From assembly GCF_000186885.1 (NCBI RefSeq), contig NC_014972.1, positions 2,700,001 to 2,732,000 of the forward strand: a stretch of 32,000 nt of DNA, written 5' to 3'. A model generated the notes under the pieces. It was not told the origin of the DNA and did not search any database. It saw only the letters and a program-made list of their open reading frames with translations. The translations under genes and the position numbers were made by a program. This stretch comes from Desulfobulbus propionicus DSM 2032 (GTDB taxonomy: Bacteria; Desulfobacterota; Desulfobulbia; Desulfobulbales; Desulfobulbaceae). Of this stretch, positions 10,314 to 18,911 are shown piece after piece (the first letter of the stretch is position 1; every line of letters begins with the position of its first letter).

Positions 10314-10328
10314 ACCATGGTCCATGGT
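10314..10328. promoter_or_regulatory. Perfect 15-bp palindrome ACCATGG-T-CCATGGT in the dctP / aminomutase divergent region
   Basis: The 7-bp arms are exact reverse complements around one central base, about 165 bp upstream of the sigma-54 element. Function is unknown. Confidence 0.25.
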
Positions 10329-10797
10329 AGCGGCTTGACGATGGAGCACGGTTACCCCAATCCATCAGCGGCAGATTTGTTCCGCCACCCCCTCACCCGC
10401 CGGGAGCACAACGAAAAATATCTTCATATCAATCTATTGGCCCGAAGAACAACCACATTTTTCCTTTGTTGCCAGTGATTCCGTGCAAACGCGGCACACC
10501 TTTTCCTTGACGACTGATTTGGAATCGTTGATATGTTCCGGGCATCCTGTCGCTGATCATCATCTGATTGCCGACACCGGTGCCTTTCACCCCATTCTTG
10601 GCAAAAGGTGGGCGACAACCAATTCGACCCGCTGAATTCGGCGATACCTGTCGATCAGCTGGTCGCAGCAACGTCAACATTATCCGTCAACGATTAGGCA
10701 ACATCACATTCTGTCGCAGCCAATGGACGCTTGCCCGGTAGCCCCCCGACGGGTTGCCCCCTGCTCCATCTTGCTTGCTCCTCACGAAACCAACACC

Positions 10798-11844
10798 ATG
10801 CCCAGCCGACAACCCCTCTCATCCACCTTCATCACCCGCCCCGAACAGCTCGCCCACGCCCTCGCCATACCGCTCGAGCCCCTACAGGCGGTACATGCTC
10901 ACTATCCCCTGCGGATCAGCGCCTATTACCTGCAACTGATCAAACAGCACGGATTGCCCCTCTGGAAGCAGGCTGTTCCCGACCTCAAGGAGTTGAACGA
11001 TTCATCCGGCCTGGTCGATCCCCTTGACGAGGAAAACCTGAGTCCCGTCCCCTGTCTGGTGCACAAGTATCCAGATCGCGCCTTGTTCCTCGTGTGCAGC
11101 GAATGCGCGATGTACTGTCGATTCTGCACCCGGAAGCGCAAGGTGGGTAAGCCGGACATGGTCATCAACGATCAGACCATTGCCGCTGGCCTGGAATATC
11201 TGGCTCGCACCCCGGCCATTACCGATGTCTTGGTTTCCGGCGGCGATCCGTTCATGCTGCCGCTCAGCCGCCTTGAACAGATACTCAAAGCCCTGCGGGC
11301 CATTCCTTCCGTTGTCACCATCCGTATTGGCACCAGGGTTCCCTGCACCTTGCCCAGCCGCGTGACCCTCCGGCTGGCCGCCATGCTGAAAAAATATCAT
11401 CCGCTCTACATCAATACCCATTTCAATCATCCTGCGGAGATCACTCCAGAGGCCGCCCTGGCCTGCGGTCGACTGGCCGATGCCGGTATTCCGTTGGGAT
11501 GCCAGACGGTTCTGTTACGAGGGGTCAACGACTCACCCGAGACCATCAAGATGTTGATGCGCCAGTTATTACGGATTCGCGTGAAACCCTACTATCTGTT
11601 TCAAGCCGATCTGACACGCGGAACCAGTCATTTCCGCACCACCATCGAGACCGGGGTGGATATCATGCGTCAGCTCATTGGCCATGTTTCCGGCATGGCC
11701 GTCCCGACCTACGCCTTGGATGCACCAGGCGGAGGCGGCAAAATCCCTCTCACCCCGCACTACATCAATAGCCTGGGAAAAACGCTGGAGTTTACCACCT
11801 ACCGGCATCTTCCCTGCTCGTATCCCAACGAGATCATTCCCTGA
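10798..11844 (+). CDS. KamA-family radical SAM aminomutase (lysine 2,3-aminomutase / EpmB-like)
   Basis: The CxxxCxxC motif CAMYCRFCTRK follows LVHKYPDRALFLV. The VSGGDP, TIRIGTR and TQTVLLRGVNDS-type segments are characteristic of this family. The start is placed at the ATG at 10798 (MPSRQPL); the track ORF starts at 10723. Confidence 0.85.
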   Translation: MPSRQPLSSTFITRPEQLAHALAIPLEPLQAVHAHYPLRISAYYLQLIKQHGLPLWKQAVPDLKELNDSSGLVDPLDEENLSPVPCLVHKYPDRALFLVCSECAMYCRFCTRKRKVGKPDMVINDQTIAAGLEYLARTPAITDVLVSGGDPFMLPLSRLEQILKALRAIPSVVTIRIGTRVPCTLPSRVTLRLAAMLKKYHPLYINTHFNHPAEITPEAALACGRLADAGIPLGCQTVLLRGVNDSPETIKMLMRQLLRIRVKPYYLFQADLTRGTSHFRTTIETGVDIMRQLIGHVSGMAVPTYALDAPGGGGKIPLTPHYINSLGKTLEFTTYRHLPCSYPNEIIP

Positions 11845-12002
11845 CCCGTCATTCTTTTCCCTTGCTCGGCTGAACCATTGAACCTTACTATAGGAATCGA
11901 ACATGAATCGCTGACCCTTCGCCGCTAATCGGATTACCGCTCCAATACTGTTCAGCGTCCCTTTCCCTGCCGTTGTGGCGAGGAACTTCCCAAGGTATTC
12001 AC

Positions 12003-13589
12003 ATGGCATCCGCTTCAGAAACTGTCCTGAATGAGGTTTTTTCTTCCAAAGATCTGCCGACGTTGCCTCTTATTGCCAGCAAGCTTCTGGTGCTGACTGC
12101 GCAGGAGGAAGCCACCCTTACCGATATCGCCGGCCTCATTGCCCAGGACATGGCTTTGTCCGCCAAGATTCTCCGGGTGGCGAACTCGTCGTTTTACAGT
12201 TTCCCCCAACAGATCGCCTCGATCAATCAGGCGGTATCCATTCTTGGCATGAATGCCGTCCGCAGCCTGGTACTCAGTTTTTCCTTTTTGGCCATGGGGA
12301 ATAAAAAACGTCAGACGCTGTTTGATTTTGAACGGTTTTGGGAGCGATCCCTGGTTGAGGCGGTCGGCGCACGATTGATCCTTGATCAAGTGGCCAACAG
12401 TGATCCCGAGGAGGCCTTCACTTGCGGTCTTCTCCAAAATATCGGGCAATTGATCTATGCCGTCACCCTGCCGGCCCAATACGACGACGTCTTGCAAAAG
12501 GCTCGCATCATCAACGATGCAGGCAACGTTACTTCGGTCCACGATGAAGAGCGATTGGAACAAGAGGCTCTCGGCATCTCTCATGCCGAACTCGGCTACG
12601 AGATCGCCAAAAGCTGGGGTTTCCCAGAAAATCTTCTTTTCCCGATCAAGTTCCATCATCAGCCGTTGGCGTATCGGGGCGGGAATCATCGATGCAAGCA
12701 AAACATACGGGCCGCCTACCTCGCCGGCCTTCTCTCCAACATCTTTTATTCCGATGAACCGGAACGATACCACAAGCAATTCCGCACCGAAGCCAAGCAA
12801 CTGCTCGGCCTTAAAGTGTTGAGCATCAATACTGTCCTCAAAACGATTGACGGCGGGATTGATCAATCGGCACGCTACTTTGGAATTAAAATCAATCCGG
12901 TTAAATCGGTGGCGGAAATCCTCCAGGAAGCGAACCTGCGGCTCAGCCTGATCAATCTATCCTACGAAGAAATGAATCGGGAATTGATCAAATCCAAGAT
13001 GGAACTGGAACGGCTTACCGAGGAACTATCGCAAAAAAACAGATTGCTTGAAAATCTTGCCAACATTGATGGGTTGACAGAAGTCAGCAATCATCGTTTT
13101 TTTCAGCATTTTCTCGATTCGGAAATCAACCGGGCCATTCGAAACGATCGGCCTCTTTCGCTGCTCCTTGCCGATATCGATCATTTCAAGAAATTCAATG
13201 ACACCTATGGCCATCAAACCGGTGATTTTATCCTCAAGGAGTTCTGTCGAATAACCAAAGAAGTGATACGGGAGTATGATTTACTTGCCCGGTATGGAGG
13301 CGAAGAATTTGCTTATGTTCTTCCTGAAACATCTCAGGAGGAAGCCCAGATTGTCGCTGAAAAACTGCGAAAAACGGTTGAGGAGGTTACTTTTGACGAT
13401 GGGAGGCAATCTTACCATGTCACCATCAGCATTGGCGTTGCCACTGCGCGACCTGGAGTGGAGGATTTTTCCAAAAACGATTTTATCGGCGCCGCTGACG
13501 AAGCCCTCTACGAGGCCAAGAACGGTGGCCGCAATCGGATAGCCCTGTATACGCCCAAGAAAAAGAAGAAATGGTCTTTGTTCAAATAA
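12003..13589 (+). CDS. HDOD domain - coiled coil - GGDEF diguanylate cyclase
   Basis: N-terminal HDOD-like region (LPTLPLIASKLL..., SILGMNAVRSL). C-terminal GGDEF domain with an intact GGEEF and an RxxD I-site (REYD) 5 residues upstream. The start is placed at the ATG at 12003. Confidence 0.85.
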   Translation: MASASETVLNEVFSSKDLPTLPLIASKLLVLTAQEEATLTDIAGLIAQDMALSAKILRVANSSFYSFPQQIASINQAVSILGMNAVRSLVLSFSFLAMGNKKRQTLFDFERFWERSLVEAVGARLILDQVANSDPEEAFTCGLLQNIGQLIYAVTLPAQYDDVLQKARIINDAGNVTSVHDEERLEQEALGISHAELGYEIAKSWGFPENLLFPIKFHHQPLAYRGGNHRCKQNIRAAYLAGLLSNIFYSDEPERYHKQFRTEAKQLLGLKVLSINTVLKTIDGGIDQSARYFGIKINPVKSVAEILQEANLRLSLINLSYEEMNRELIKSKMELERLTEELSQKNRLLENLANIDGLTEVSNHRFFQHFLDSEINRAIRNDRPLSLLLADIDHFKKFNDTYGHQTGDFILKEFCRITKEVIREYDLLARYGGEEFAYVLPETSQEEAQIVAEKLRKTVEEVTFDDGRQSYHVTISIGVATARPGVEDFSKNDFIGAADEALYEAKNGGRNRIALYTPKKKKKWSLFK

Positions 13590-13937
13590 CAATTCCCCCG
13601 GCAATCGATGGCGCTTTCGATTCCCATGCCTTCCTTCACGACGTGGCTCTCTCGGATCTGTTGTCCCGTTGATTTCTAGTTGAAACTTTTCACCGCAACA
13701 GGCTGTTCGGCAACAAATCGTATGGTTGTTTGCAACAGGCCTGATCATTTCCACCCGTTTTTCTTTCTTGACCGTCCAGAACCCTTCAGGTGCGTATCCT
13801 TTTCTTTTTTTGGAAAAATAAGGTAAGAACATACAGTTCTGCCCCTATAGACTATCGATGTCGCCGAAGATTGGCATCAGACACCATTTCAACAAAAGGC
13901 CTGCAACCCAACAAAACCCACTTGATGAGGAGGGAAG

Positions 13938-14852
13938 ATGAAACCACGGCGTTCCAATTTGTCCGTTCCTGGCCACATGAAAAAAATGCATGAGAAAGCG
14001 AGCCAGAGCGCGGCTGATGTGATCATGCTGGATCTTGAAGACAGTGTCCCTGTTGATGAAAAGGCCACGGCCCGTGCGCAGGTGATCGATTCGCTGCGAT
14101 CGTTGGACTGGTCGCATAAAACAGTGACCGTGCGGATCAATTCGCTGGATACACCTTTTGCTTATCGGGACTTGCTTGAAGTGGCGGAACATGCCGGACA
14201 TGTAATTGACGCGATTGTCATTCCGAAAGTGAATGATGGGGGCGACATCTTTTTTGCCGACCGTTTGCTGACCGGCATTGAACTGTCCAAAGACGTTCAT
14301 CGACCGATCGGCATAGAAGCCTCCATAGAAACTGCCGAAGGATTACGGAACGCCTCCAAAATCATGCGGGCTAGCAAAAGGGTGATCAGTCTGGTATTCG
14401 GCATCGCTGACTACTCGGCCTCCATAGGCGCGCGCCTTGTTTCCATTTCGGGTCACGGAGAAAAAGAGGAAGATCTCTATCCAGGTCATCGTTGGCATTT
14501 CGCCATCAGCAACATGGTCATGCACGCCAAGGCGGGTGGAGCGCTTGCCATCGATGCACCTTATGGTAATTTCAAGGATATGGAAGGATTGCGCCGATCA
14601 GCGGTCATGGCCAGCGCCTTAGGCTGCGACGGCAAGTGGGCAATTCATCCGTCACAGATCGATATTCTCAATGAGGTCTTCACTCCATCGCCAGAGGAAA
14701 TCGCCTTGGCCGCCAAGGTCATGGAGGCAAATGCCCGGGCTCAATCGGAAGGCAAAGGGGCGATTGCCGTTGAGGGTCGTATGGTGGATCAGGCCACAGT
14801 CCGCTTAGCCACTAAACTCTGGGAGCAGGCCAAGTTTCTGAACCTTGTCTGA
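13938..14852 (+). CDS. HpcH/HpaI aldolase - citrate lyase beta (CitE)/malyl-CoA lyase family protein
   Basis: 304 aa. N-terminal RRSNLSVPG and ADVIMLDLEDSV, then EASIETAEG and a family-typical length. A strong RBS GAGGAGGG lies upstream. The substrate cannot be read from the sequence. Confidence 0.75.
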   Translation: MKPRRSNLSVPGHMKKMHEKASQSAADVIMLDLEDSVPVDEKATARAQVIDSLRSLDWSHKTVTVRINSLDTPFAYRDLLEVAEHAGHVIDAIVIPKVNDGGDIFFADRLLTGIELSKDVHRPIGIEASIETAEGLRNASKIMRASKRVISLVFGIADYSASIGARLVSISGHGEKEEDLYPGHRWHFAISNMVMHAKAGGALAIDAPYGNFKDMEGLRRSAVMASALGCDGKWAIHPSQIDILNEVFTPSPEEIALAAKVMEANARAQSEGKGAIAVEGRMVDQATVRLATKLWEQAKFLNLV

Positions 14853-14898
14853 ACGATCTCTTGCACCGGGTGCAGGGTTAAGAATCAAATGATGCACT

Positions 14899-14940
14899 AA
14901 AAAAAAGGAGTGCCGGCAAGCCGGCACTCCTTTTGTGTTT
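14899..14940. terminator. Bidirectional rho-independent terminator between the convergent CitE-like gene and the carboxyltransferase operon
   Basis: A-run, then stem GGAGTGCCGG / CCGGCACTCC (14907-14930) around loop CAAG, then TTTTGTGTTT. Confidence 0.85.
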
Positions 14941-14954
14941 AAACAGGTTCGAGA

Positions 14955-16946
14955 TTATCCGATGATTGCCAGGACGGTATCCTTGGCAACCGAGTCACCG
15001 CTGCCAAAATTAAGCGCCTTCACAGTACCATCGCACGGAGAACCGAGATTGTTCTCCATCTTCATGGCCTCAAGAACGAGGATGGGGTCGCCAGCTTTGA
15101 CCGCATCACCAACATTGACCAGATTCTTGACGATCATGCCGGGCATGGGGGCCAACAGCGGGGTTCCTCCCTCAACAGCGGCTGGAGCCGGAGCGGCGGC
15201 GGCAGGTGCAGCAGCCTTCGGCGCGGCAGCAGGTGCAGCAGCGGCAGGTGCAGCAGCTTTCGGTGCAGCGGCAGGTGCGGCAGGCCGCGGAGCAGCGGCG
15301 ACCATCGGCTGGAAGTCACCGGTCGGGTCGACCTCAACGTTGAAATACTCACCGTCGACGAAGACGTTGAAGGTCCGAACGTTAGCGGTCTTCTCCGGAG
15401 CAGCGGGCTTGGGCTCGATGAGCTTGCCAGCCTTGGCCTTGGCCACCAGTTCATCACGCTTCTTGACATCCTCAAGGGTGAGCGGCTTGACTTCGGGCGG
15501 TGCCGGGGTAATGCCATACTTCCACTCAAGGAACTTCTTCCCGGTGACCGGGTAGATGGCGTAGAGTACCAAGTCATCGATATCCTTGGCGAGATCGCCA
15601 ATCTCTTTCTTGGCCTTTTCCAACTCGGGCTCAAGCACCTCTGCCGGACGGCAGGTGATCGGCTCTTCACCGCGCGGATAGCCTTTCAGAGCCTTCTTCT
15701 GCAGTTCAGGGTTGATCGGCACAGCGGTTTTACCATAGAGACCGTAGCACAGGTCTTTGACCTGGGCGGTGATCATCTTGTAGCGCTCATCAGGAGTGTC
15801 AAACAGCACGTTGTTCACGGTCTGGATGCCAACGATCTGGCTGGTCGGGGTAACCAGCGGAATCTGGCCGAGGTCTTTCCGAACTTTCGGCAGCTCTTTG
15901 TAGACCTGATCGATCTTGTCCAGAGCATCCATCTCACGCAACTGGTTGACCAGGTTGGAGAGCATGCCGCCCGGGGTCTGATGGAGAAGAACGTTGATAT
16001 CGATGATTGAGCACTTGGAGTCATCCATGAGGTGCTTGTATTTCGGCATAACCTCTTTCTCTAGCACCTCGTTGATGGCGGCCAGTTTCTTGATGTCGAA
16101 ACCGGTGTCGCGGTTGGTGCCGAGCAGGGCCATGACCAACGGCTCGATGGCCGGATGGGCGGTACGGAAAGCGTACGGGGTCATGCAGGTGTCAACGATA
16201 TCTACGCCAGCCTCAATGGCCTTCAGATGACTCATGGACGCCATACCAGAGGTGAAGTGGCTGTGCAGGTGGATCGGGGTCTTGGTGACTTCCTTGATAG
16301 CCTTGACGATGGCGTAGGCGTCGTATGGGGCGATCAGACCGGCCATGTCCTTGATGCAGATGGAGTCAGCGCCCATGTCGTCAAGCGCTTTGGCGCGGTC
16401 GACATAGTACTTCAGGTCATAAACATCCCCGCCCAGACGCGGTTCGGTCAGCGAATAGCAAATACAACCCTGGAAGTGCTTGCCGCTCTTCTTGATCTGT
16501 TTAACAACGGTCTCGAAGTTACGGTAATCGTTGAGGGCGTCAAAGGTCCGGAAGATATCCATACCGTTCTCGGCAGCGCGCTCAACAAAGGCGGTGGCCA
16601 AGTCATCGGCATAGTTACGGTATCCAACCAGGTTCTGCGCGCGCAGCAACATGGAGAAGGGGGTCTTCTTGATGTAACGTTTCAGGGTGCGGAGACGCTC
16701 CCACGGGTCCTCGTTGAGGAAGCGGTGCATGGTGTCAAAGGTGGCGCCACCCCAGGTCTCAACTGCCCAGAAGCCGATCTCGTCCATCATTTCCGCGATC
16801 GGAATCATGTCCTCGGTGCGCCCGCGGGTGGCGAACAGAGACTGGTGGCCGTCACGAAGGCTCAAGTCCATAACTTTGACCGGATTTTCTGCAGCAGGCC
16901 GGTCAGTTGCATAATTCATGGCGGTCATTTTCACTTGGTCGCTCAT
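14955..16946 (-). CDS. Carboxyltransferase 5S-type subunit (OadA/PycB family) fused to a C-terminal biotin carboxyl carrier domain
   Basis: 663 aa. The N-terminus has LRDGHQS (the pyruvate carboxyltransferase TIM barrel) and HLHSHFTSG. An Ala/Pro linker follows. The C-terminal biotinyl domain carries EAMKMEN (the biotinylated Lys). RBS GGGAGA. Confidence 0.9.
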   Translation of the reverse strand: MSDQVKMTAMNYATDRPAAENPVKVMDLSLRDGHQSLFATRGRTEDMIPIAEMMDEIGFWAVETWGGATFDTMHRFLNEDPWERLRTLKRYIKKTPFSMLLRAQNLVGYRNYADDLATAFVERAAENGMDIFRTFDALNDYRNFETVVKQIKKSGKHFQGCICYSLTEPRLGGDVYDLKYYVDRAKALDDMGADSICIKDMAGLIAPYDAYAIVKAIKEVTKTPIHLHSHFTSGMASMSHLKAIEAGVDIVDTCMTPYAFRTAHPAIEPLVMALLGTNRDTGFDIKKLAAINEVLEKEVMPKYKHLMDDSKCSIIDINVLLHQTPGGMLSNLVNQLREMDALDKIDQVYKELPKVRKDLGQIPLVTPTSQIVGIQTVNNVLFDTPDERYKMITAQVKDLCYGLYGKTAVPINPELQKKALKGYPRGEEPITCRPAEVLEPELEKAKKEIGDLAKDIDDLVLYAIYPVTGKKFLEWKYGITPAPPEVKPLTLEDVKKRDELVAKAKAGKLIEPKPAAPEKTANVRTFNVFVDGEYFNVEVDPTGDFQPMVAAAPRPAAPAAAPKAAAPAAAAPAAAPKAAAPAAAAPAPAAVEGGTPLLAPMPGMIVKNLVNVGDAVKAGDPILVLEAMKMENNLGSPCDGTVKALNFGSGDSVAKDTVLAIIG
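15201..15284 (-). repeat. Two tandem 42-nt units encoding the Ala/Pro-rich linker
   Basis: Units at 15201-15242 and 15243-15284 both begin GGCAGGTGCAGCAGC and stay similar throughout. They encode PAAAPKAAAPAAAA twice. Confidence 0.7.
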
Positions 16947-17002
16947 TTTCAGTATCTCCCTGTTATACGTTGTCGTTGAACGTCAAATAGTCGTAAAAGC
17001 CA

Positions 17003-17200
17003 TCAGAAGGCTTTCATTTGAATCAGCCTGCGGAAATTCATGATATCCTGACGGCCGGCAATTGCCCATAAGCTTGGCCCGGCTGGTGCAACAGATTTGG
17101 CAGCCAGCAACTGGGCCTGGTATGCCGCCTCCTCTTCCTGCATCAGGTAGGCATTAACGGCTGCAAGGGCCGCAGCCATTTTTTTGTTCATTTTTGCCAT
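17003..17200 (-). CDS. Small soluble protein (65 aa) between the two carboxyltransferase genes; possible accessory subunit
   Basis: ATG at 17200 with AGAGGA 7 nt upstream (the track ORF starts at the GTG at 17227). The product is Ala-rich and helical (MAAALAAVNAYLMQEEE...) with a C-terminal WAIAGRQDIMNFRRLIQMKAF. It is tightly packed between the 12S-type and 5S-type genes. Confidence 0.55.
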   Translation of the reverse strand: MAKMNKKMAAALAAVNAYLMQEEEAAYQAQLLAAKSVAPAGPSLWAIAGRQDIMNFRRLIQMKAF

Positions 17201-17258
17201 TCTGTCATCCTCTGAGTTTGTTGGCACGGCAAGATACCGAGCCAGTACATAAGAGTGT

Positions 17259-18809
17259 TTACAGCGGGATATTGCCGTGTTTCTTCATCGGGATCGTGTC
17301 ACGCTTTCCAGAGATCGACTCAAACGCGTTGATGATACGGTACCTGGTTTCGGCCGGTTCAATGACATCGTCGATATAGCCACGCTCGGCCGCACAATAT
17401 GGATTGGAGAACTGCTCGTTGTACTCGTTTTCTTTTTCGGCCAGGAACGCTCTGGGATCTTCTGCTGCTTTAGCGCCCTTGGCGTGCAGGACTTCGACCG
17501 CGCCTTTGGAGCCCATAACGGCGATTTCACCGGTCGGCCAGGAGTAGTTGATATCGGTTCGCAGGTGCTTGGACGACATAGCGCAGTAGGCGCCGCCATA
17601 GGATTTACGGGTAATAATCGTTACCTTTGGCACTGTCGATTCGGCGTAGGCATACAGCATCTTGGCGCCGTTGCGGATAACGCCGCCGAATTCCTGTGCA
17701 GTGCCGGGCAGGAAGCCAGGGACGTCGACGAAGGTAAGGATCGGAATGTTGAAGCAGTCGCAGAAGCGGATGAAGCGGGCACCTTTGATCGAGGAATCGA
17801 TGTCGAGAACACCGGCGTAGTAGGACGGCTGGTTGGCAACGATGCCAATAGCCTTGCCACCATAACGGGCAAAACCGATGACGATGTTCGGAGCGAAATT
17901 CTTCTTGATTTCAAAGAAGATACCGTTGTCTGCCGTCTCGGTGATGACCTTTTTCATGTCGTAGGCGGCATTCGGGTTGTCCGGAATGATGTCGTTGAGC
18001 AGTTCGGAGCGGCGGGTGATCGGATCGTCGCAGGGGGCATCCGGAGGATTCTCCAGATTGTTCTGCGGCAAATAGCTCATCAGATCCTTGATGTACTGAA
18101 TGGCGTCGTCCTCGTTCTCGGCAGCATAGTCGGTGACGCCGGACTTGGTGGTATGCATGGCCGCACCACCCAACTGCTCGGTGGTGACGTCCTCGTTTAA
18201 CACAGTCTTAACGACCTTGGGACCTGTCAGGAACATGTAGGACTGGATCTTGACCTGGATGATGAAGTCGGTCAGGGCAGGAGAGTAAACGGCGCCACCG
18301 GCGCAGGGTCCGAAAACACCGGAAATCTGGGGAACAACACCCGAAGCGAGAACATTACGGGTGAAGATTTCGGTATATCCTGCCAGGGCCTCGATACCTT
18401 CCTGGATACGGGCGCCACCGGAGTCGTTCAATCCGATGACCGGAATGCCGTTTTTCATGCCCAGATCCATGATTTTGCATATTTTTTCAGCCAAGGTTCC
18501 GGAAAGAGAACCGGCGAGGACCGAAAAGTCCTGCGCGTAAATATAAACCGGCCGGCCGGCCAGCTTGCCATATCCGGTGACGATACCGTCGCCGAAAAAC
18601 TTGATTTTTTCCATGCCGAAGTTGTAGCAGCGATGGAGCTTGAAAGCATCGTATTCCTCGAAGGTGCCTGGGTCGAGGAGGAGTTGAATACGCTCACGGG
18701 CGGTATATTTGCCCTGGGAGTGGATCTTGTCGATTTTATCCTGACCGCCGCCCAGCAAGGCTTTGGCCCTTTTTTGCTTTAGCTGCTCTAATTTTTCCTT
18801 TGTGCTCAT
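17259..18809 (-). CDS. Methylmalonyl-CoA carboxyltransferase 12S-type subunit / propionyl-CoA carboxylase beta family
   Basis: 516 aa. Two crotonase-like carboxyltransferase halves, with [24 protein letters not shown] and [11 protein letters not shown] segments typical of the family. RBS AAGGAG. Confidence 0.92.
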   Translation of the reverse strand: MSTKEKLEQLKQKRAKALLGGGQDKIDKIHSQGKYTARERIQLLLDPGTFEEYDAFKLHRCYNFGMEKIKFFGDGIVTGYGKLAGRPVYIYAQDFSVLAGSLSGTLAEKICKIMDLGMKNGIPVIGLNDSGGARIQEGIEALAGYTEIFTRNVLASGVVPQISGVFGPCAGGAVYSPALTDFIIQVKIQSYMFLTGPKVVKTVLNEDVTTEQLGGAAMHTTKSGVTDYAAENEDDAIQYIKDLMSYLPQNNLENPPDAPCDDPITRRSELLNDIIPDNPNAAYDMKKVITETADNGIFFEIKKNFAPNIVIGFARYGGKAIGIVANQPSYYAGVLDIDSSIKGARFIRFCDCFNIPILTFVDVPGFLPGTAQEFGGVIRNGAKMLYAYAESTVPKVTIITRKSYGGAYCAMSSKHLRTDINYSWPTGEIAVMGSKGAVEVLHAKGAKAAEDPRAFLAEKENEYNEQFSNPYCAAERGYIDDVIEPAETRYRIINAFESISGKRDTIPMKKHGNIPL

Positions 18810-18866
18810 GCTGTCTCCTTGCTGCAGAATTCAGTAAAAATTCCGTGGCCGATTATGAAAGCCATG

Positions 18867-18897
18867 AAAAGGCCGGATGGAGCACATCCGGCCTTTT
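18867..18897 (-). terminator. Strong hairpin between sucD and the 12S-type gene (terminator/attenuator or RNA-processing site)
   Basis: Perfect 13-bp arms AAAAGGCCGGATG (18867-18879) / CATCCGGCCTTTT (18885-18897) with a 5-nt loop. On the - strand the stem ends in TTTT. Confidence 0.5.
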
Positions 18898-18911
18898 CAA
18901 TCACTGGCTGA

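Noticed and set aside
14935-15555. 206-aa Ala-rich ORF on the + strand, plus the 16155-16979, 17277-18200 and 18927-19757 (+) ORFs
   Set aside because: They are antisense shadows of the 5S-type/biotin carrier, 12S-type and sucD genes. The Ala run is simply the complement of the Ala/Pro linker codons.
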